Part shown: piece by piece, positions 7,061-12,075 of the stretch | Layout of the letters: every line of letters starts with the position of its first letter | How positions within the stretch are numbered: position 1 is the first letter of the stretch | Assembly (NCBI GenBank): GCA_031416315.1 | Contig: JANOTL010000154.1 | Location: 1 to 12,075, forward strand | Length of the DNA stretch: 12,075 nt | Reading direction: 5' to 3' | Origin: Pseudomonadota bacterium | GTDB taxonomy: Bacteria > Bdellovibrionota_B > Oligoflexia > Oligoflexales > CAIYRB01 | Notes under the pieces: generated by a model | What the model saw: the letters and a program-made list of their open reading frames with translations, nothing else | Told to the model about the DNA's origin: nothing | The model's database searches: none | Made by a program: the position numbers and the translations under genes

Positions 7061-7147
7061 TCCGCGCCCGTCCATGCCTCTCATTCGACTGAAATTACGG
7101 GATATTCTTTATTAAAGCAGTTTCTATGAGGCGCGACGTGGAAGGCC

Positions 7148-8485
7148 TCACAACGTGAAGCTGAAGTCGTCGACCAAGGCCCCGGGAAGCCGCGCGCTGG
7201 CCGTCTGCCGGTTGCCGTAGGTGCTGGCGCTCGGCAGCATCTCGCGCTCTTTCGTGAAGCCGACGAGCTTGTCGCCGAGCATCTTCAGCACCGACTCGTC
7301 GAAGCGCATGACGTTCAGCGGCGCGACGATCTTCCCCTTCTCCACCCAAAACGAGGCGAAGCGGGTCATGCCCGTGACGCGGCACGCCGTCCGATCGGAG
7401 AAGTTGAGGTACCAGAGGTTGTTCACGTAGATGCCGTCGGCGAGCGTCGCAGTCACTGTGTCGAGGTCGAGCGTACCGCCCGCGACGTCGAGCGACTCGG
7501 GACCCTCGCCCGAGTCGGCGCCGTTGGTCGTCACGCCGTACTCTTTCGCCGAGCGCGGCGAGATGAGGCAGTCGCGGTAGGCGCCGCCATCGATCATGAC
7601 GACCTGGGCCGGCTTCACGAAGCCGGTCCCGTTGAAGTTGGGCGCCATGCCGCCCTCGGTGTTCTCGCTGATCGTGACGGCGGCGCTCATCTTCGCGTCC
7701 GTCTCGACCATCTTGATCAAGGGGGTTTGCTTCGTCCGATGCGCCTTCATGCTGAAGCCGCCCCAAGAGAGCATGCCGGTCACTTCGGCCAGAGCTTGCG
7801 GCGCCAGGTACACGCGGTAGCGCCCGGGCGTGATCGTCCGCGGCTCGCGCTCGAGGACGCCGATCTGCTCGCGCGCACTCTCGAGCTTGCGCTCGAACTC
7901 GTGATCGTCCCACTTGAAGCCGGCGTAGCCCGTCTTCACCGCTTTGTCGGCGCGCAGGTAGAGGCTGAAGTCGAGGTTGAAGCTTGAGCGCTCGAACCAG
8001 TTGCGCTGGCCGAGCGAGTTGGCGAAGCCCCTGTAGATGTCCCCCGCCGCATAGATGCCGACGAGATCGGAGCCCTTCGCAGCTTTGCTGACGCGCCCTA
8101 TCGTGTCGCGCGCGTCGACGAGCTGCGAAGGCTCCGTGCTGCGGCTCGAATTGACCTCGGTCGCGTACATCAGGTGCGGATCTTCGGGAAGGACGCCCAC
8201 CTGATCGCGAAGCGTCGCGATCAGCGCGGCCACGCGCCCTTCGTCCTCGGCGCGGATTCCAGAGAGGGTGACCTCGCCGCCGGCGTTGCGCTTGCCGTCG
8301 ATGAGGCGGAGCGAGAGGCCCGCCTGCATGACGGTGCCGGCCTGACGGACCTTGGCGTTGTTTAAGCGGCAGAACTCGCTGCGCTCGCCCTGCGCGTTCA
8401 CCAGGAGAATCTCTTGCCCCTTGAGTTTCGCCGTCGCCGCTTTCACCAGCGCGTCGAAGCCGTCTTCATTCAAAGCCATGCTCAC
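7148..8485 (-). CDS. tldE: TldE/PmbA-type non-catalytic subunit of the TldD/PmbA metalloprotease
   Basis: 445 aa (alternative ATG at 8479). Family pattern RLNNAKVRQ, PGRYRVYLAPQA, GIYVNNLWYLN, TGMTRFASFWVEKGKIVAP. No HExxxH motif. The GTG start overlaps the tldD stop (GTGA). Confidence 0.88.
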   Translation of the reverse strand: MSMALNEDGFDALVKAATAKLKGQEILLVNAQGERSEFCRLNNAKVRQAGTVMQAGLSLRLIDGKRNAGGEVTLSGIRAEDEGRVAALIATLRDQVGVLPEDPHLMYATEVNSSRSTEPSQLVDARDTIGRVSKAAKGSDLVGIYAAGDIYRGFANSLGQRNWFERSSFNLDFSLYLRADKAVKTGYAGFKWDDHEFERKLESAREQIGVLEREPRTITPGRYRVYLAPQALAEVTGMLSWGGFSMKAHRTKQTPLIKMVETDAKMSAAVTISENTEGGMAPNFNGTGFVKPAQVVMIDGGAYRDCLISPRSAKEYGVTTNGADSGEGPESLDVAGGTLDLDTVTATLADGIYVNNLWYLNFSDRTACRVTGMTRFASFWVEKGKIVAPLNVMRFDESVLKMLGDKLVGFTKEREMLPSASTYGNRQTASARLPGALVDDFSFTL

Positions 8486-9942
8486 TCACCCCCGAAGACG
8501 GACACGTTCTCGAACAGACAGGCGGGCGAAGCATGGCCGACGAACACAGCCTGGTTGGGCTCGCCCTTGCCGCAATAGGGCGTGCCGAGCACCTCCATGG
8601 TGCCGTTGTCGCCGACGGCCGTAAGGCTACGCCAGAACGAGGCGGAGATGCCGCGGTAGTTCGGCTTCTTCACGACCTTGGTCAGCTTGCCGTTCTCGAT
8701 CAAGCGGCCCCACTCGCAGCCGAACTGGAATTTGTTGCGCGAATCGTCGATCGACCACGAGCAGTTGGTGCGCAGGAAGACGCCCTTCTCGACCTTCGCG
8801 ACCATGCTTTCGAAGGTCTGATCGCCGGTCTCGACGTTGAGGTTCGCCATGCGGTCGATCGGCGGGCGGCGCCAGCTGTCCGCGCGCGTGTTGGCGACGC
8901 CTTCCATCCCGGCGCGTTTTTGTGACACGAGTCCGCCGAGCGGCCGCAAGAGGAGGCCCTCCTTGATCACGAACTGCCGCTCTGCCGCCAGACCGTCGTC
9001 GTCGAACGCGAAGCTCGCGACCTGTTCGGGCCGCGTCGGGTCGTACGTGACGTTCAGCAGCTTCGAGCCGTATTGGAAGGTGCCGAACATGTCCTTCGTG
9101 ACGAAGCTCGTGCCCGCGTAGTTGCGCTCGTCGCCCAAGATCCGGTCCAGCTCGAGAGGATGGCCGATCGACTCGTGGATTTGCAGGACCATCTGGTCCG
9201 GCGCGAGGAGGAGGTCCATCTCGCCCGAAGGGCAGTTGGGCGCATGGAGCAGCTCGCGCGCCTCGTCGGCGAGCTCGATGCCGAGGTGGTCGAAGCGGAT
9301 CGTCTCTAAGAGCTCCAGACCCTGCTGCCGGCAGTAAGCCATGCCGCCGAAAGTGCGCGTCTCCGTGTCGGAGCCCTTATTCGCAGTGACGGAGAGCATC
9401 GGCACGAGCCGGTCGAAGTCCTGATAGACCTCGCCGCCGCCGTTCGTCAGATACAGGCGCTCGCTGCGCATGCGCCAGATCATCGCGCTCCAATCGACGA
9501 TCTCCGCGTGCGCCTTCATGCGCTTCGAGATCGAGGTCAGGCGGTCGACCTTTTCCTTCAGCGGCACGGACTCCCAGCGCTGGCGGATCGGGCTCAGGAA
9601 CTCGCCCTTCGGGTGCGGCATGGCGATCTTCGAGTAGTCGGTCACGGCGCTGCCCGCGCCGCGCTCGGCCCAAAGGCGGGCCGCGTCGAAGGCCGTTTTG
9701 AGGCCGGCCGCCGACAGATCCGAGGTCGCGCCGTAGCCCGTGCCGCCCTTGTGGTGCACGGTGACCATGACGCCCTCGTCGCGGCCGGTCGAGGTCGGCT
9801 GCAAGACGTCCTGGCGGACGTTGACGAGGTCTTCCGAATCGCGGTGCAGGCGCAAGCTGGCAAAGTCGACCGAAGGCCCTTTCGCCAGCGTCTCGTGGAA
9901 GAGGGCCTTGACGCGCTGGAAGCTCGCATCGGTCTTATGCAT
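8482..9942 (-). CDS. tldD: TldD family metalloprotease, catalytic subunit
   Basis: 486 aa. Metal-binding HESIGH (nt ~9160-9177) followed by PLELDR, and FDDDG, RPPIDRMANL and the C-terminal Cys-ligand motif CGKGEP...VGH.SP. Confidence 0.93.
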   Translation of the reverse strand: MHKTDASFQRVKALFHETLAKGPSVDFASLRLHRDSEDLVNVRQDVLQPTSTGRDEGVMVTVHHKGGTGYGATSDLSAAGLKTAFDAARLWAERGAGSAVTDYSKIAMPHPKGEFLSPIRQRWESVPLKEKVDRLTSISKRMKAHAEIVDWSAMIWRMRSERLYLTNGGGEVYQDFDRLVPMLSVTANKGSDTETRTFGGMAYCRQQGLELLETIRFDHLGIELADEARELLHAPNCPSGEMDLLLAPDQMVLQIHESIGHPLELDRILGDERNYAGTSFVTKDMFGTFQYGSKLLNVTYDPTRPEQVASFAFDDDGLAAERQFVIKEGLLLRPLGGLVSQKRAGMEGVANTRADSWRRPPIDRMANLNVETGDQTFESMVAKVEKGVFLRTNCSWSIDDSRNKFQFGCEWGRLIENGKLTKVVKKPNYRGISASFWRSLTAVGDNGTMEVLGTPYCGKGEPNQAVFVGHASPACLFENVSVFGGE

Positions 9943-11785
9943 GCGTCTGGTCTCCGCCGAGGCGTCCGAGGATCGCCGTCGACCGGTCGATGAACTGTTG
10001 CATCATGTCCGCCGTGAGCTCGCCCTGCTGCAACCAGGCCAGGTCGTGGATCTGGTTGACGACGAGCTTCACGTCGGCGTCCCGGCCTTCGCCCTGCGCG
10101 AGCTTCAGGAGGTGTTGAACCGCTGGGCTCGTCTGATTGACGATCAAGGTCTCCTCGGGCTCGCCTAGCCCGTAGAAGGGAGAGCCGGCGCCGCCGTTCT
10201 TCTGCATGTCGCGGAAGCGGCGCTTGTGCTCGTCGACGATGAGCATCGCCGGGACTTTGTCCGACTTCAGGCTTTCCACGCGAATCGTCACCTTCTCTCG
10301 GGCGAGGTGCGTGCGGAAGAGCTTCTCGATCGTCTCCTGCGCGGACTTCTCGCCCTTCTCGTCGTCGACGAGGTGCTGCGCCAGATCCGAGTCGACGCGC
10401 TTGAATTTCCACTTGCGGCCCGTCTGCATCTCGAAGAACGGGATGAAATGCAGGTCGATCATGGTGTCGGCGATCACCGCCTCCATGCCGTGGTCTTTCA
10501 GCATCCGCAAGTAGCCCGCTTGCGAGTTGGGGTCGGTCGCATAAAGGACCGTGCCCTCCTCGACCTTGTCCTTCATACGCTCGGCGTATTCGGGGAGCGT
10601 CACGTGATCGCCGGCAGAGCTCTTGTAGATCAGGTGCTCCGAGAGGCGCTCGAAGAACTTGTTGTCGCGGAGCATCCCGTACTTCACGAACGGGTGGATG
10701 TCGTCCCAGTACTTCACGTAGCTCTCGCGCTCGGTTTTGGCGAGGCCGGTGAGCTTGTCGGCGACCTTCTTCGTGATGTGCTCGGCGATCTTCCGCACGG
10801 TCGGATCGCTCTGCAGATAGCTGCGCGAGACGTTCAGCGGCAGGTCTAAGCAGTCGATCACGCCCTTGAGGAGCGTGAGGAACTCGGGGACCAGCTCCTT
10901 CACGTTGTCGGCGACGTAGACCTGGTTGCAGTAGAGCTTCACCTCGCCCTGCGAGGCGTCGAGCTCGTGCTTCAACTTCGGGAAGTAGAGGATCCCCTTC
11001 AGGTTGAAGGGGAAGTCGACGTTCAGGTGGATCCAGAACAGGGGATCCGGGCTCCCCGGAAAGAGCTCGTGGAAGAAGTCGACGTAGTCTTTCTCGGTGA
11101 GCTCGGTCGGCGAGCGCGTCCACAAGGGCTTCGGATCGTTGACGAGCGTCGGCTCGCCTTCCTTCGACGTGAGCTTGATCGGGTAGCGCACGAAAGCGCA
11201 GTAACGCGCGAGCAGCATGCGGACGTGATCTTCGTCCAGCATGTCCTTCGAGTCTTCGGCGATGGTCAGAAGAATCGAGGTGCCGACCGTCGTACGCGTG
11301 CCGGGCGAGAGCTCGAACTGCGTCGACCCGTCGCAACTCCAGTGCGCGGGCTCGGCGCCCGGCTTGTAGGAGAGCGTCTCGATCTCGACTTTGCTCGCGA
11401 CCATGAAGGCCGAATAGAAGCCGAGGCCGAAGTGGCCGATCACTTGCTGGCTGTCGTCCTTGTCCTTGTACTTCTCGAGGAAGTCGCTGACGCCGGAGAA
11501 GGCGACCTGATTGATGTAACGCTTCACCTCGTCAGCCGTCATGCCGAGCCCGGCGTCCGAGATGATCAGTTGTCCCTTGTCGTGATCGACCCTGACGGTG
11601 ATCTCCGCCTCCGGCACCTCGCACTGCGCCTCGCCGATCAACGCGAGCTTTTGCAGCTTCAGCGTCGCGTCGGCGGCGTTAGCGACCAGCTCCCGAAGAA
11701 AGATCTCCTTTTCCGAATAGAGCCATCTTTTGATGATGGGGAGGATGTTCTCCGCATGGATCGAGATGTTGCCGGTTTCCGTCAT
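9935..11785 (-). CDS. htpG: molecular chaperone HtpG (Hsp90)
   Basis: 616 aa. GHKL ATPase motifs LYSEKEIFLRELVANAADA, DAGLGMT and IGHFGLGFYSAF, and catalytic loop LPLNVSRSYLQ. Strong RBS GGAGGAG. Overlaps the tldD start by 8 nt (ATGCATAA). Confidence 0.97.
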   Translation of the reverse strand: MTETGNISIHAENILPIIKRWLYSEKEIFLRELVANAADATLKLQKLALIGEAQCEVPEAEITVRVDHDKGQLIISDAGLGMTADEVKRYINQVAFSGVSDFLEKYKDKDDSQQVIGHFGLGFYSAFMVASKVEIETLSYKPGAEPAHWSCDGSTQFELSPGTRTTVGTSILLTIAEDSKDMLDEDHVRMLLARYCAFVRYPIKLTSKEGEPTLVNDPKPLWTRSPTELTEKDYVDFFHELFPGSPDPLFWIHLNVDFPFNLKGILYFPKLKHELDASQGEVKLYCNQVYVADNVKELVPEFLTLLKGVIDCLDLPLNVSRSYLQSDPTVRKIAEHITKKVADKLTGLAKTERESYVKYWDDIHPFVKYGMLRDNKFFERLSEHLIYKSSAGDHVTLPEYAERMKDKVEEGTVLYATDPNSQAGYLRMLKDHGMEAVIADTMIDLHFIPFFEMQTGRKWKFKRVDSDLAQHLVDDEKGEKSAQETIEKLFRTHLAREKVTIRVESLKSDKVPAMLIVDEHKRRFRDMQKNGGAGSPFYGLGEPEETLIVNQTSPAVQHLLKLAQGEGRDADVKLVVNQIHDLAWLQQGELTADMMQQFIDRSTAILGRLGGDQTHA

Positions 11786-11892
11786 CCTGAGCTCCTCCGT
11801 AAACCTCTGGATTACCTGAATTCTTCGAAACTCTTCAAGTCTTCCCCGTAGGGGGCCGAAAAGACTGTAAGGCCAGAGCCTCAGGAGTTCCC

Positions 11893-12075
11893 ATGAAGGT
11901 CGCCAACATTCGTCGTTTCATCGCCGTCCTTTCCACCCTCGCGTTGGTGAGCCTCGCCGCTTGCGGCGAGAAGAAAGAGGAAGGCGCAGGGGAAGCGAAG
12001 GCCGCCAACAAGGACACGACCGGCGCGACCGCCACCACCGGCGCGAAGGCCGCGACCGGAGCCACCGGCGCGACA
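11893..12075 (+). CDS. 5' part (partial, 61 aa visible) of a lipoprotein with Thr-Gly-Ala repeats
   Basis: Manual translation: MKVANIRRFIAVLSTLALVSLAA-CGEKKEEGAGEAKAANKDTTGATATTGAKAATGATGAT. Canonical lipobox LAAC and AGGAG RBS at 11883-11887. The frame is open to the window end and is not in the ORF track. Confidence 0.85.
   Translation, partial: MKVANIRRFIAVLSTLALVSLAACGEKKEEGAGEAKAANKDTTGATATTGAKAATGATGAT

Noticed and set aside
5958..11785. TPR protein as a eukaryote-style Hsp90 co-chaperone
   Set aside because: This HtpG ends GGDQTHA with no MEEVD motif. The TPR domain follows a membrane anchor and is probably extracytoplasmic, and the gene appears to have its own promoter.
9642..11851. 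Long ORFs 9642..11336(-) and 10967..11851(+) overlapping htpG
   Set aside because: Same shadow-frame effect; Arg-rich or antisense translations with no independent support.

Overview
GC-rich bacterial window, probably from Bdellovibrionota/Oligoflexia or a related deltaproteobacterial lineage (inferred from gene content, not proven). Left to right: (1) the 3' end of an IS1-like transposase that the ORF track misses (+, <2..133). (2) A ~190-nt rod-like fold-back (103..290) that pairs much better on the minus strand. (3) A minus-strand run of one Gly/Thr-stalked lipoprotein and three tandem AIM24/TIGR00266 paralogs. (4) A divergent, Cys-rich, lipid-anchored GH13 enzyme with a large domain-B insertion. 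(5) A minus-strand pair: membrane-anchored TPR protein and YbaN/DUF454, with a sigma70-like promoter. (6) A translationally coupled htpG-tldD-tldE(pmbA) unit. (7) The start of another repeat-stalked lipoprotein at the right edge. The best leads are the candidate structured RNA next to the transposase, the AIM24 triplet with its lipoprotein, the Hsp90-TldDE coupling and the atypical GH13. All calls come from reading motifs by eye; no searches or folding programs were run.
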